A DNA stretch of 64,000 nt, taken from Raja brachyura. Lineage: Eukaryota. This document shows positions 12,629 to 24,513 of the stretch, in pieces; positions within the stretch are counted from its first letter, which is position 1; every line of letters begins with the position of its first letter. The stretch is from contig OY740787.1 of the NCBI GenBank assembly GCA_963514005.1, forward strand, positions 71,114,001-71,178,000, written 5' to 3'. The position numbers and the translations under genes were made by a program. The notes beneath the pieces were generated by a model, which was not told the DNA's origin, searched no databases, and was given only the letters and a program-made list of their open reading frames with translations.

Positions 12629-12939
12629 TTAGTTTGGCCATGAATTTATATTAAGTGAATGCAAATTTCCAATTAAAAACAAAGAGTATGGGGCATGCCA
12701 TTGCATCAGTTTACATAAAGACATAAACAACAAAAGGTAGAAAAAGATAATAAAGATCATCAGTCTAATAAAAGTAAGACACAGCTATTAATATTAATAT
12801 GGAAAGAAGATTCAGGCTGAATAGTCTGGATAAGTATAAATTGAAAAAAAGGGAATCTTCACATAAAGTTATTTTTTCAAAAGGAACAATGAAATGAAAC
12901 CATTTACATCGCTACAAAGAATCAATAGATATTCCACAC

Positions 12940-13218
12940 CTTTGACAAAAAGACTTGCCATGCACGATTCAGTGCCAACTTCATTGCTGACTCGGCAAGT
13001 GTATTCACCAGTATCAGCGACTTTTGCTGAATGGAGTTGTAGCATACTTGTTGAACCTTCTTTTGAAATGTAAAGTGAATTAGTCGGCACCAACTCCTTT
13101 TTGTCCTTGAACCATTTGATGGTTATTGGTGGAGTTCCACTAATAGCACTCCTAAACTGTACTTTGGAACCAGGTACGACATCCTGGGACAAAGGCTTCA
13201 CAGTGAAATATGGTTGTT
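12940..13218 (-). CDS. ttn: Titin middle Ig exon, super-repeat 2 position F (279 bp)
   Basis: EQPYFTVKPLSQDVVPGS; GT-AG phase 1. Confidence 0.93.
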
Positions 13219-13400
13219 CTAAAAATTTCAGAGGAAAACTAGTCATTATCACAATATAATAAAATAAAATTTAATAAAGTACTTTTTATGAAAATGGAAA
13301 TGTTATACCAAGAGTGGCATAAGAATAAATGGGTATGTGCAATACATGTATTCTCAACATGTTTGTTAAAGCACTAAATTAAATGAATGACAAGTACTGT

Positions 13401-13910
13401 TTTGCCATAGAGGGAGTACAGAGAAGATTCACCAGACTGATTCCTGGGATGGCCGGACTTTCATATGAAGAAAGACTGGATAGACTCGGCTTGTGATCGC
13501 TAGAATTTAGAAGATTGAGGGGGGATCTTATAGAAACGTACAAAATTCTTACGGGGTTGGACAGGTTAGATGCAGGAAGAGTTTTTCTCGATGTTGGGGA
13601 AGTCCAGAACATGGGCTCACAGTTTAAGGATAAGGGGGAAGTCTTTTAGGACCGAGGTGAGAAAAAAAAAATTCACACAGAGAGTGGTGAGTCTGTGGAA
13701 TTTTCTGCCACAGAAAGTAGTTGAGGCCAGTTCATTGGCTATATTTAAGAGGGAGTTAGATGTGGCCCATGTGGCTAAAGGGATCAAGAGAGTAGGCAGG
13801 TATGGGATACTGAGTTGGATGATCAGCCATGATCATATTGAATGGCGGTGCAGGCTCGAAGGGCTTAATGGCCTACTCCTGTACCTATTTTCTATGAATA
13901 TGTTTCTATG
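13401..13910 (+). mobile_element. CR1 LINE, 5'-truncated
   Basis: AIEGVQRRFTRLIPG...FTQRVVSLWN; 3' UTR with tttctatg repeats. Confidence 0.9.
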
Positions 13911-14003
13911 GATAACTGAAGATTATTAGTCAATCAGCTGAAGGTTATTAAACAATCTGGTTAATTTTGAAGCAATTAAGATATTGATTGCAACATTTCA
14001 AAC

Positions 14004-14291
14004 CTTTCACTGTTAAGGCACCAATGCTCTGATCAGTTCCAGCAGCATTTGTTGCTCTGCAAGTGTATGTTCCACCATCTGTCGTCTCTAATTGATGGAT
14101 CTCCAACTGTGCAATGTTATCATGGTAAGAAAATTTATATTTTTCGGTAGCTGATAATTCTTCATTGTCCTTATACCAAAGCACACTCATTGGAAGAGAA
14201 CCAGTGATTTTGCATTCCATCTTAATAAAAGAAGATTTGATGCCATCCATATTTTTTAAGTTTCTTTTGAATATTGGTGGAACTATGCGAT
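14004..14291 (-). CDS. ttn: Titin middle Ig exon, super-repeat 2 position E (288 bp)
   Basis: DRIVPPIFKRNLKNMDGIKSSFI; GT-AG phase 1. Confidence 0.93.
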
Positions 14292-14401
14292 CTGTCCAAC
14301 ACAATGTGGGAAATCAAAGATTATTATTTCTTCCAAATTCTTTGCAGATTCTTTTAATTATTTTAATAAGTGCAATGAAATGGAAGGGTAAAAATACCAA
14401 C

Positions 14402-14680
14402 CCAATACTGTAATGGAAGCTTTGCATCTGCTGTTACCAACGTCATTCTGGACCTCACAGGCATATTCACCACTATCCTCTTTCTCAGTGAAAGGGATCT
14501 TTAAACTAGTAACCTTATTTGTAATGCTGATTTTGTATTTTCTCCCAGTAATTAACTCTGTGCCATTCTTAAACCATATGGCTTTAATTTCTGGTGTTCC
14601 TGTAAAAGTGCAGTCCAGTGTTGCTGGCTCCCCTGCAGTTACACTAATAGAGTCTGCTTTTTCTATTATACTTGCAGGTT
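14402..14680 (-). CDS. ttn: Titin middle Ig exon, super-repeat 2 position D (279 bp); missing from the ORF track
   Basis: Translated by hand: EPASIIEKADSISVTAGEPATLDCTFTGTPEIKAIWFKNG...DSGEYACEVQNDVGNSRCKASITVL; cacag acceptor, gttggt donor. Confidence 0.93.
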
Positions 14681-16024
14681 CTGTGACAATAAAAAAAAAT
14701 CATATTAGAGCAAGAATATGAGAGACAATAGAAGACCATTAATTTTCCTGCCATGAGCTGAAATATTGAACTGATCAAAAAAAACACACTTCGACAATCT
14801 TTGTAAAGGCTATAGTGCTTATCCAAGCCTCCTTGTGTTCAGGAGAGATGGTCAAACAAATGTTGTTTACGTTTATCGTGTCAAACTGAATTGACTTGAA
14901 GTTGTTGGGAGCCAATACACATCAACTGTTAGCGACCCACTTTGTTTGAGACTTTCCCACCTGCTTTGCAAAATACATAAGTCTGAAAGCCACATACCAA
15001 CTTATCTAAACTTTCTCCATTCTAGGCTTTCTATCAAGTCCTGTGGCAAAGCAATGATGTGGAGGAAGGGGAGCAGCATTTTGTAACTATTCCCTCAGTT
15101 CTATGTTGGAGCTGGTTAATGTGCAAAGGAGAATTCATTTCTTTGAATAAACACAGTTAAAAGAATTTATAAAGGAAAATGTATGAATTATTTAATTTCA
15201 TTTTACTTTAATGGTTTTAAGTGCCCTACAGTTTTTAAGTTTTGTTTTACTTTTTAAAATAATTAAATCTAATTAACTAATTTTAAAATATTACTTACTC
15301 CCAAATATATTTAAAAATTGTTGCAAACCATTGGACCATGATAAACAGCCATAGGCTGCAAGGGCATTCGTAGTGAGAGAGGTTAGACACAAAAAATAGT
15401 TGTTTCACACCCTTTATGATGTTATATGGCATTATGGTAATATGAAAGTTATGTGGCATTTTGAGCATTGACCTGTGGCCTTATTAAAATACTAATTAAA
15501 GATAAGGGTTGATAAATAAATAAAGGGAACAACATTGGAAGAAACAGAATGAAGGAAGGACACATTAAATAATTTAAAAAAGAGATTAAAAGAAAGATTA
15601 GATGAATGGAGTTTTTGAAGGAAATAAAACTAACATGCAATTTACTGCTTGCAAGTAAGATAATAGTTTTAATAGCATAATCCCTTTCTGACCCCACAAT
15701 ATTAAACTTCATGTCACTACCATAAATCAAATAATTTCAAATGTCCTTGCAACATGAAACACTTGTGCAAATCATCCTGTAATTTAGGACTTCAACAACT
15801 AATAGTATATATTTTCCTGCCTCAAATCCCAAGTTTTATGCATTCAGCACTCTAGCCCTAAATTTACTTTTTCAAATACTTTCTTTATAGTTAAACCATT
15901 CTAAATATTAAATTATTTGTTTTCAATGTCTTACAACATAATTCCAAAAATTAAAATAAATCAGACGTTAATTTTTAGAAATAGCTGAATTATTAACACT
16001 GAGGACAGCATTCTTTAAACTAAC

Positions 16025-16303
16025 CTTTCACAGTTAAATTTGCAAAACACTTTGTGATTCCAGCATCATTCTTTGCCTGACAAACAAACTTTCCACCATG
16101 ATGTTTTTCTACCGTAGTAATCTGCAGTGTTGCTATATCTTTTTCAAAAGATATTTTAGTATTAGTATCTTCAGTAATATCATCTTTATCTTTTTGCCAG
16201 GAAATGGAAATTGGGCTTGAACCTTTCACAGTACTTTGAAACATAGCAGGCATTCCCAAAAGTACTGTAATATTTTCAATCTTCTTGAAGAACGATGGTG
16301 GTT
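16025..16303 (-). CDS. ttn: Titin middle Ig exon, super-repeat 2 position C (279 bp)
   Basis: EPPSFFKKIENITVLLG; GT-AG phase 1. Confidence 0.93.
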
Positions 16304-16432
16304 CTGTTTTTAAAACGAAGCATTTAAAATATAAGACTCTCTAAATAGTCAGTGCAAAGTCAATTTTTAAATAGGAAAAACAAAATTAGTTTTATTGTAA
16401 TATAATGGAAAATGAACTCTTGCTTCACTAAC

Positions 16433-16711
16433 CTTTCAGACTCACTGTAGAACTGCATGAACAACCTCCAACTTCATTTGATACCTTGCATTGATATTCA
16501 CCAACGTCCACGGTATCAAATTTAAGAATATGCAAACTAACTAAAGAGTTTTGACAGATTGTCTTGTACTTTTTGCTGGGCCTAATTTGTTTAATGTCTT
16601 TATACCAAGAAATTTCAAAGGGGCCTGTACCAGCCACCTCACATTCAAGAATAATATCAGAGGCTTTAATCACCTCAAGAGATTCAAGTCCTTTAGTGAA
16701 TGATGGTGGTT
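16433..16711 (-). CDS. ttn: Titin middle Ig exon, super-repeat 2 position B (279 bp)
   Basis: EPPSFTKGLESLEVIKASD; GT-AG phase 1. Confidence 0.93.
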
Positions 16712-16837
16712 CTGCAAAAGAACAAATAATAAATTCAATCTAAAAATGTCATTTGACCTCTAGACCCAAATATATATGCTCCACAAATATCTTGTGAATG
16801 TAAACAGAGTACAAAATTATGTGATATTTTCACAGAC

Positions 16838-17119
16838 CTTTAACAGTTACAGTAACACTGCAACTCTCACTACCAACTTCATTCTTAGCTTCACAGGTGT
16901 ATTCGCCACTGTCTTCCACAACACCATCAAGAATTTCAAGAACTGACACACAGTTAACAAATGACATTCGGTATTTGTCACTGGGATGAATCTGCTTGTC
17001 TTTCCTATACCATGTAACTTTAATTTCAGGTGTGCCAGTTACTTCACATTCAAACCGAGCCGAGTCACCACTTTTCAATAATTTTGATGGCTCTAGCTTC
17101 CGTGAAAATGATGGTGGTT
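16838..17119 (-). CDS. ttn: Titin middle Ig exon, super-repeat 2 position A (282 bp)
   Basis: EPPSFSRKLEPSKLLKSGDS; GT-AG phase 1. Confidence 0.93.
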
Positions 17120-17319
17120 CTATAAAAATCAAGATGCCATGAAGAATACATTTAGAAGATATTCATAAGAAGTTACAAAGATGAGACAAAAAGCATATGT
17201 TCATATGCATATCACAAAGCTTATCACTTCAAAGTGATTATAACTTCAATTCCTCTTATTACTAAGAGCATACCCCAGAATATTTGGGATATTTTAATAT
17301 AAAGAACAAAGAGTTATAA

Positions 17320-19303
17320 GATGTTCAGTCACTCTACACCTCCATGCCCCACCAGGAAGATCTTAAAGCCCACCATATCTTCCTCGACCACAGAACCAGC
17401 TAATTTCCATCTACTAACACTCTCCTCCGCCTAGCAGAGCCGGTCCTTACCCTTAACAACTTCTCATTCGACTCCTCCCACATCCTTCAAATCCAAGACG
17501 TAGTTGTGGGCACTCGCATGGGCCCCTGCTATGCCTGCCTCTTTGTATGATACGTTGAACAATTACTGTTGCAGGTGTACACTGGCCCTATCCCAGAACA
17601 CTACCTGCGATACATTGACGACTGTATCGGTGATATGTCCTGCACCCATGCAGAACTCACTGACTTCATCAACTTCACGACTAGTTTCCATTCAGCACTC
17701 AAATTCGCTTGGACCATCTCCGACATTTCCCTACGGTTTCTGGATCTCACTGTCTCCATCACAGGAGACAGACTATCGACTGACATCTATTACAAACCCA
17801 CTGACTCCCACAGCTACCTAGACTACACCTCTTCCAACCCTGCTTCCTGCACCGCAAGGCTCAGTGCTGGGACCCCAGCTATTTACAATATATATTATGA
17901 TCTGGATGAGGGAATTGAATGCAACATCTCCAAGTTTGAAGATGACACGAAGCTGGGGGGCAGTGTTAGCTGGGAGGAGGATGCTAGGAGGCTGCAAGGT
18001 GACTTGGATAGGTTGGGTGAGTGGGCAAATGCATGGCAGATGCAGTATAATGTGGATAAATGTGAGGTTATCCACTTTGGCGGCAAAAACAGGAGGGTAG
18101 ATTATTATCTGAATGGTGGCCGATTAGGAAAAGGGGAGATGCAACGAGACCTGGAAGATTGTTCCCGATGTTGGGGAACTCCAGAACAAGAGGTCACAGT
18201 TTAAGGATAAGGGGGAAGTCTTTTAGGACCGAGATGAGAAGATCTTTTTTCACACAGAGAGTGGTGAGTCTCTGGAATTCTCTGCCACAGAAGGAAGTTG
18301 AGCCCAGTTCATTGGCTATATTTAAGAGGGAGCTAGATGTTGCCCTTGTGGCTAAAGGGATCAGGGGGTATGGAGAGCAGGCAGGTACAGGATACTGAGT
18401 TGGATGATCAGCCATGATCATATTGAATGGCGGTGCAGGCTCGAAGAGCCGAATGGCCTACTCCTGCACCTATTTTCTATGATTCTAAAGAATCTATCCC
18501 CTACTCTCCTATCCTCCGTCTACGCCACATCTGCGCCCAGGATGAGGTGTTCCATAGCAGGTCATCAGAGATGTCCTCATTCTTTAGGGAACGGAGGTTC
18601 CACTCTACCATTATAGATGAAGCTCTCACTAGGTCATCCTCGATATCCCGCAGCTCCGCTCTTGCTCTTCCTCCCCCCATTCGTAACAAAGACAGAGTCC
18701 CCCTTGTCCTCACCTTCCACCCCATCAGGTGTCGCATACAGCACATAATCCTCCGACATTTTCGTCATATCCAATGGGATCCGACTACTAACCACATCTT
18801 CCCATCTCCACCCCTTTGTTCCCTCCGCAACTCCCCGGTCAACTCGTCCCTTTCCACCCAAAACACCCCTTCTCCAGGTACTTTCCCCTGCAACCACAGG
18901 AGATGCAACCCCTGTCCCTATACCTCCCCCAGAACTCTGTCCAAGGACACCGACAGGCTTTCCAGGCGAGGCAGATGTTCACTTGCACCTCCTCCAACCT
19001 CATTTACGCCCAGCGTAAATTGGAGGAAAAGCAACACATATTGTGCTTGGGTAGCTTGCACCCCAGTGGTTGGAACATTGACTTCTCTACTTCAAGTAGC
19101 CCTTGCTTTCCCTCTCTCTCCATTGCCTCCCCCTTCCCAGCTCTCCTACTAGTCTTACTATCTCTGACTACATTTTATCTCTCTGTACCGCTCACTCCCT
19201 TGACATCAGTCTGAAGAAGGGTCTCGATCCAAAACTTCACCCATTCCTTCTCTCCAGAGATGCTGCCTGTCCACCTGAGTTACTCCAGCATTTTGTGTCT
19301 ATC
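17320..19303 (+). mobile_element. Penelope-like retroelement (degenerate RT and thumb region), interrupted by a CR1
   Basis: DVQSLYTS, MGPCYACLF, RYIDDCIG, YYKPTDSHSYLDYTSS.PASC//KESIPYS..LRLR motifs typical of PLE RT; characteristic 3' end. Confidence 0.85.
17851..18487 (+). mobile_element. CR1 LINE nested in the Penelope element, with an internal deletion
   Basis: QGSVLGP, KFEDDTKLGG, KCEVIHFG, then a jump to the 3' end; CR1 3' UTR. Confidence 0.9.
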
Positions 19304-19364
19304 AAGGAGTAATAAGATACTGAATAAATATTAAGCAGAATATATATATATTTAAAAAAATCAC

Positions 19365-19643
19365 CTTTAACAAAAAGATTTGTTGTACAGGAAATTGTTC
19401 CAGCATCATTGCTGATTTCACAAATGTAATCATCCGCATCAGATGGTTTCACTGAAAAAAACTCAAGATAGGTTGTAGAAATATCCTTCATAATGAAACA
19501 GCTGCCACCAGTCACAAGTTCTGTGTTACCCTTGTACCATTTCATTGACATTGGAGGTGTTCCATTTACGACAGTCTTAAACTTCACAGTTGTAGCAGGC
19601 AGAACTTTCACTGATGCAGGTTTTAATATAAAGCTTGGTGGTT
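19365..19643 (-). CDS. ttn: Titin middle Ig exon, super-repeat 1 position F (279 bp)
   Basis: EPPSFILKPASVKVLPATTVKF; GT-AG phase 1. Confidence 0.93.
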
Positions 19644-20089
19644 CTAAAATAAAAAAATTAAAAATAGCACATAAACTTCATTGTAATCAAACATATCAAG
19701 CAAGTAAGTTTTCCCCCTTTACGTTTCCCCCTGTTTTGAAAATGTGCCACAAGATATGCAGGCAAGAGACGAGTGGTAGACTGGTCCTTCAATTAATTGG
19801 GATCAAAAAAAGAATATTATTTTATCACTAATGAGGCATATTCCATGGATTTACCTAATAGATTAGTGAATTTATCTGCCAAATAGTTAACTAACACAAA
19901 CCAGCAAATATAATGATCAATTGCTAATGTGTGGTCAGCTAGCTGATCTCTGGAGGGTGATTGTGGCATCCTTATAATCACAGCAAGAAATGAGACAAAA
20001 AAATGAGGGAGGATGTTTATTCCTAACATTTGACTTGAATGGAAGTTGAATAATGGCAGGAAGGAACTGCACATGCTGGTTTGCACTGT

Positions 20090-20230
20090 AGACACAAAAT
20101 GCTGGAGTAACTCAGTGGGATAGCATCTCTGGAGGGTCACCTTCTGAAAGGTCTCAAGCTGAAATGTCACCCATTTGTTCTATCCAGAGATGCTGCCTGC
20201 TCCGCTGAGTTACTCCAGTATTTTGTGTCT
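20090..20230. repeat. Fold-back element made of two inverted Penelope 3' ends
   Basis: agacacaaaatgctggagtaactcag ... ctgagttactccagtattttgtgtct. Confidence 0.8.
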
Positions 20231-20523
20231 CTCTTGAATAATGGCAGGAACAACTGCCCTAGTTGAATAGCTTACTGATTTTCTGCGCCAAGCATCATTT
20301 GAAATTATGGACCATCGAATAGGAACCAAAAGATAACATAAAAACTTCCTTGGCAGAAAAACAGCCAAGGTGTCAGGAAAGAAAAAATGGCCCAAAATAT
20401 AGGCAAACTTCAACATATTTATCAATGAATATGTCATTTAAGTGACAATAAAACTTATTTGCACGAGGACTAAAACCATACTGGCAAAAGAGAAAATGTC
20501 AGAATTAAGTTATGTGTTCAAAC

Positions 20524-20811
20524 CTTTCACATTTAAGACTCCACTGCATTCATCACTTCCTGCAGAGTTAGTAGCTTTACACGAGTAAGTTCCACCATCC
20601 TTAATTTCTAATTGTTTAATCGCCAGAACAGCGGTGTTGTCTTGACATGACATTGTGTATTTAACACTGGCTGATAACTCTTTGTCATCTTTATACCAAG
20701 AAATCCCAACTGGGACAGAACCAGAGAATTTGCAATCCATGTGAAAGGTCGCACCCAATATGCTGGTCATTTTCCTTAATTTTTTAGTGAAGGTTGGGGC
20801 AATCATACGAT
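20524..20811 (-). CDS. ttn: Titin middle Ig exon, super-repeat 1 position E (288 bp)
   Basis: DRMIAPTFTKKLRKM; GT-AG phase 1. Confidence 0.93.
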
Positions 20812-20907
20812 CTGTCCAAGGCAAAGCAACATGTCAATGATATCTAAATTAATTAAAGAATTTGCTTAAATTATTGAAAAAATAGTAATTATCAATTATA
20901 TACTAAC

Positions 20908-21186
20908 CCGATACTGTAATGGAAGTTTTGCAACTGCAACTCCCCACATCATTTTTGATTTCAAAAGTATATTCACCACTGTCCTCATTTTCTGCAGAAA
21001 TAATCCTTAGGCTAGCAACTTTATTTAATAAACTTGTTTTGTACTTTCTACTGGATATTATCTCCTTCCCATTCTTGAACCATTTAATTTTTAGTTCTGG
21101 TGTGCCGGCTATTACGAACTCCAAAGTTGCTGGATCTCCAGCAGTCACACTAATTGGTTCCGCTTTCTCTATGATATTTGCTGGCT
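20908..21186 (-). CDS. ttn: Titin middle Ig exon, super-repeat 1 position D (279 bp)
   Basis: EPANIIEKAEPISVTAGDPATLE; GT-AG phase 1. Confidence 0.93.
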
Positions 21187-21281
21187 CTATGGTGAAATAA
21201 AATGGTTAACATTAACAACGCTTGGCAATGTAAGTAAGGCATGTTGTTTTATAAGACAAACCAATACATTATCAAACTGAC

Positions 21282-21560
21282 CTTTCACTATTAATGTTGC
21301 TGAACACTTTTGGCTTCCTGCTTCATTTTCTGCATGGCAACTGTATTTGCCACTGCAATTCATTTCAACAGTACCAATGCGAAGAGTACCAATATTGTTC
21401 TCAAAACTCATTTTGATATTATTACTTTCTGCGATAACATCCTTATCTTTCATCCAAGTTAAAGTGATAGGTAGTGATCCTTTTATACTGCATTGAAACA
21501 TTGCTGAGGTTCCCAAAATTGCTGTTGCATTTTCAATTTTCTTCACAAATGATGGGGGTT
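21282..21560 (-). CDS. ttn: Titin middle Ig exon, super-repeat 1 position C (279 bp)
   Basis: EPPSFVKKIENATAILG; GT-AG phase 1. Confidence 0.93.
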
Positions 21561-21691
21561 CTAATTTCAATGGAAGGTACAAATGATGTGGTTTTAATTT
21601 AAAGGCAGGTACAGCTTACATGTTATACATCCATCTACAATTTTTAGGTTAATATGACATCTTTCTTGCAATTTCCAAAAATATTACTGAC

Positions 21692-21970
21692 CTTTCATCT
21701 TCACCGTTGCACCACATAGACACTTTCCTACTTCATTAGACACTGTGCATTGATAATCACCAACATCTGGGAACTCAAAAAAGCTAATGTGGAGATAAGC
21801 ACGCATATTTTGGAAAATCATCTTGTACTTCTTACTAAGTCGGATCTGCTTTTTGTCTTTGTGCCAGACAACTTCAAATGGAGTTGTACCAGTCAGCTCA
21901 CATTCAAGAGTACAATTGAATCCTTTTACCACTTCAGTGGGATCAAATGTTTTGATAAAAGAGGGAGGTT
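21692..21970 (-). CDS. ttn: Titin middle Ig exon, super-repeat 1 position B (279 bp)
   Basis: EPPSFIKTFDPTEVVKG...KQIRLSKKY; GT-AG phase 1. Confidence 0.93.
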
Positions 21971-22071
21971 CTAAAGAGGAAGGCACAAAAATTCAATTTC
22001 AAACTACCTGTTCAAAAAGGTTAAAGAAATAAACAATATGAATTTTTCAACAGCAGCAACATTGTACGAAC

Positions 22072-22353
22072 CTTTGACTGTAATGATAGTGCTGCAGCTA
22101 TCTGTACCAGCTTCATTTTGTGCTTCACAAACATAATCCCCACTGTCTTCTACATTTATATCGTTAATCTCAAGAACAGCTGCAGAATCACTAAATGATA
22201 TCTTGTATTTTTCCGAGGAATTGAGAGTCTTATTGTTTTTGTACCAGGTAACATTAATTTCAGGCGAACCTTTCACTTGGCAATTCAAATGTGCTGAATC
22301 ACCTTTTTTCAACAGCAGCGAAAGTTCTGGCTTTCTTATGAATGAAGGTGGCT
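22072..22353 (-). CDS. ttn: Titin middle Ig exon, super-repeat 1 position A (282 bp)
   Basis: AG/GT bounded, phase 1; EPPSFIRKPELSLLLKKGDSAHLNC...TVK. Confidence 0.93.
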
Positions 22354-22789
22354 CTGAAGGTAAGTTTAAAGAAAAATATTAAGAGATGCCAAAGGTAAAA
22401 ACATTTAGAAAGAACTAATATCACCAAGACAATCTTTAAAGAATAATTACAACGTTTAAGATATTATTCATTGCTTGTAATTTGAGGAAAAATTCTGGCT
22501 AGGTTGGTTAAGTTTGCTTTGTTTTCATGTTATCATGTCATCAACAGAACCCTTCATTGATTCATTGTATCTCGTTTCAGATTATCCAGTTCTATGTGCA
22601 ATATTTTATGTTATAAAATTGAAATAAAGAAGCAACCTAACAATAAAGGCTAAAAATCTACATGTTCAACACCATCAATAAGAGTAAGAAAATCCTCTCT
22701 GCAAGGTAATTTTGCAGTCAAGTTATAAAAGCAACTGCCTAATTTAGTAGAAATTCAATGAATGTACATTGTTCACAGGATTGACTCCT

Positions 22790-23225
22790 GGGGTAGCATC
22801 ATTACGTTACAAGAAGAGATCAGACAGGGCCTGCACTCTGCAGTTTAGAAAAAAAGAAGAAATGGTCTTATTGAAGCATTCAAACTTCTTACTGGACTTG
22901 ACATGGTTGCTTTCAAGATGATATGTCCCCAGGTTGGCATATCTACAACCAGAGGTCAGTCCCAAAATAAAGAGATCTGAGATGGTAACAAATGTCTTCA
23001 CCCACAGCATTTGGGATTGTCTGTTCAAGAAGGTCCCGGAGGTTCAATTCATAACTATATTCAGGTCAGAGATCAATGACATTTAGATAATAAAATAATT
23101 GTTAGATATGTGATTAGAGCAGGAAAACAGGACAGGGGTAAATGATCAGCCGTTATAATAATGAATGGCTTTGAGGTTCCAAAAATCAAATTATTTGATT
23201 CCAGCTCTATTTCTTATATTTCCTA
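22790..23225 (+). mobile_element. Old CR1 3' fragment
   Basis: Eroded accagaggtca, ttcacccacag, gatcagcc and tttcttatatttcct segments. Confidence 0.55.
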
Positions 23226-23334
23226 ATCATGTAATAAGGTAGAGGCTGAGATTATATTTTAATACATTTCTGTGATATAACACGAGTCCCTGAAAAAATC
23301 CCAAATATGAAGAGCTTGTGGTGAAACATCAAAC

Positions 23335-23830
23335 TATATTTCTAAAGTGCCTTTAACATAGTAAAATGTCCAAGGTCTTTTGCAAGAGTTATTAAACAAC
23401 AATTTGACACAACCATACATTAGGCACATGATATAGAGATTAATTTTACAAAGTCACTTTAAAAAGGAAAGAATGAAAGATAGGCAAAGAGATTTAAGGA
23501 CATTTCCAGAGCTTGATGCTGAAGGCATAACTGACAAAGGTGAAGAAAAGAAAATTAGGGATGTTTAATGGGACAAAGTTGAAGATTCACAACTATCTCA
23601 GAGGCTTGAACGGGTCATGGAGAAAGGTTGGATAATTAGGGCTCTGAAATAGGATTGACAATTTCAAAACCGATTTGTTGCTTAACCAGAAACAAATCGG
23701 TGAAAGGCGAAAGGGAAAAGTACTGAGCGGAACTTAGGATACTATCAAGTCTTTGATGACCTCAGTCTTATGGGGGAAAATATCAGGGATTCCTTTGGAA
23801 TCATCGTACAGAAGAAACAAAACAAAGTTG
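23335..23830 (-). mobile_element. Probable old L2-type LINE 3' fragment
   Basis: atatttctaaagtgcctttaacatagtaaaatgtccaagg resembles the reverse-complemented L2 3' end; heavily degenerate. Confidence 0.4.
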
Positions 23831-23920
23831 AGATATGCTTACAAAAGAATTAAGTTTTGGCAAACCTCTTTTTATCATGATGCGTTAACCAAATCACTGT
23901 GTCCAAACTATGATTGAATA

Positions 23921-23924
<4 letters not shown>

Positions 23925-23976
<52 letters not shown>
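23925..23976. repeat. (TA)n microsatellite, ~26 units
   Basis: Direct reading. Confidence 0.95.
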
Positions 23977-23977
<1 letters not shown>

Positions 23978-24106
23978 TAATTCTGGTTAATACAAGGAGT
24001 ATGTTTATCTTAATTTGTATAGTATATTATATTATATATATATATATATATATAATATACTATACAAATTAAGATAAACATACTCCTTGTATTAACCAGA
24101 ATTAGT
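23976..24106. repeat. Perfect inverted repeat, 56-bp arms around a TA-rich centre
   Basis: actaattctggttaatacaaggagtatg...tattata / tataata...catactccttgtattaaccagaattagt. Confidence 0.95.
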
Positions 24107-24120
24107 CTTCACCATCTAAA

Positions 24121-24420
24121 GACGGCACAGTGACACAGAAGTTATTGGTGCTGCCTCACAGCTCCATTGCCCCAGATCCCATCTTGACACCCAGTACAGT
24201 CTGTTTTTAATTTGCATTTCATCTCTGTGATTGTGAGAGTTTGTTCCAGATGTTCCAGTTTCCTCCCAAACCCAGGTTAGGTTATTTGGCTACAGTAAAT
24301 AATTCCACCTATCAGTGAATGCTAGGAGATTCACAGAGAGTTCATGGGCATATGAAAGTGAGTTACAGAGAAATAAATGTGGTAGTGAATTAATGACAAT
24401 TTTCAAAGAGCTTACATGCA
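24121..24420 (+). mobile_element. Degenerate tRNA-derived HE1-like (V-SINE) element
   Basis: ggcacagtgacacag...gctgcctcacagc head and tgttccagtttcctccca central motif typical of elasmobranch HE1/V-SINEs. Confidence 0.65.
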
Positions 24421-24513
24421 AGAATTATTTTCTATATTGAAACCTTTAAAAATGTACTTCAAGCAGCCACATGTTCTGATAAAAAACAGGTTGTGATTTG
24501 CAATACTCCTTAC

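Noticed and set aside
14750-15450. AT-centred intronic blocks (also ~3300-3900 and ~6660-7150) as conserved regulatory elements
   Set aside because: They look like old dispersed repeats; I could not define boundaries or homology by eye.
17569-19152. 211-aa and 241-aa ORFs as novel RT fusion proteins
   Set aside because: Chance read-through across the junctions of a CR1 nested in a decayed Penelope element.
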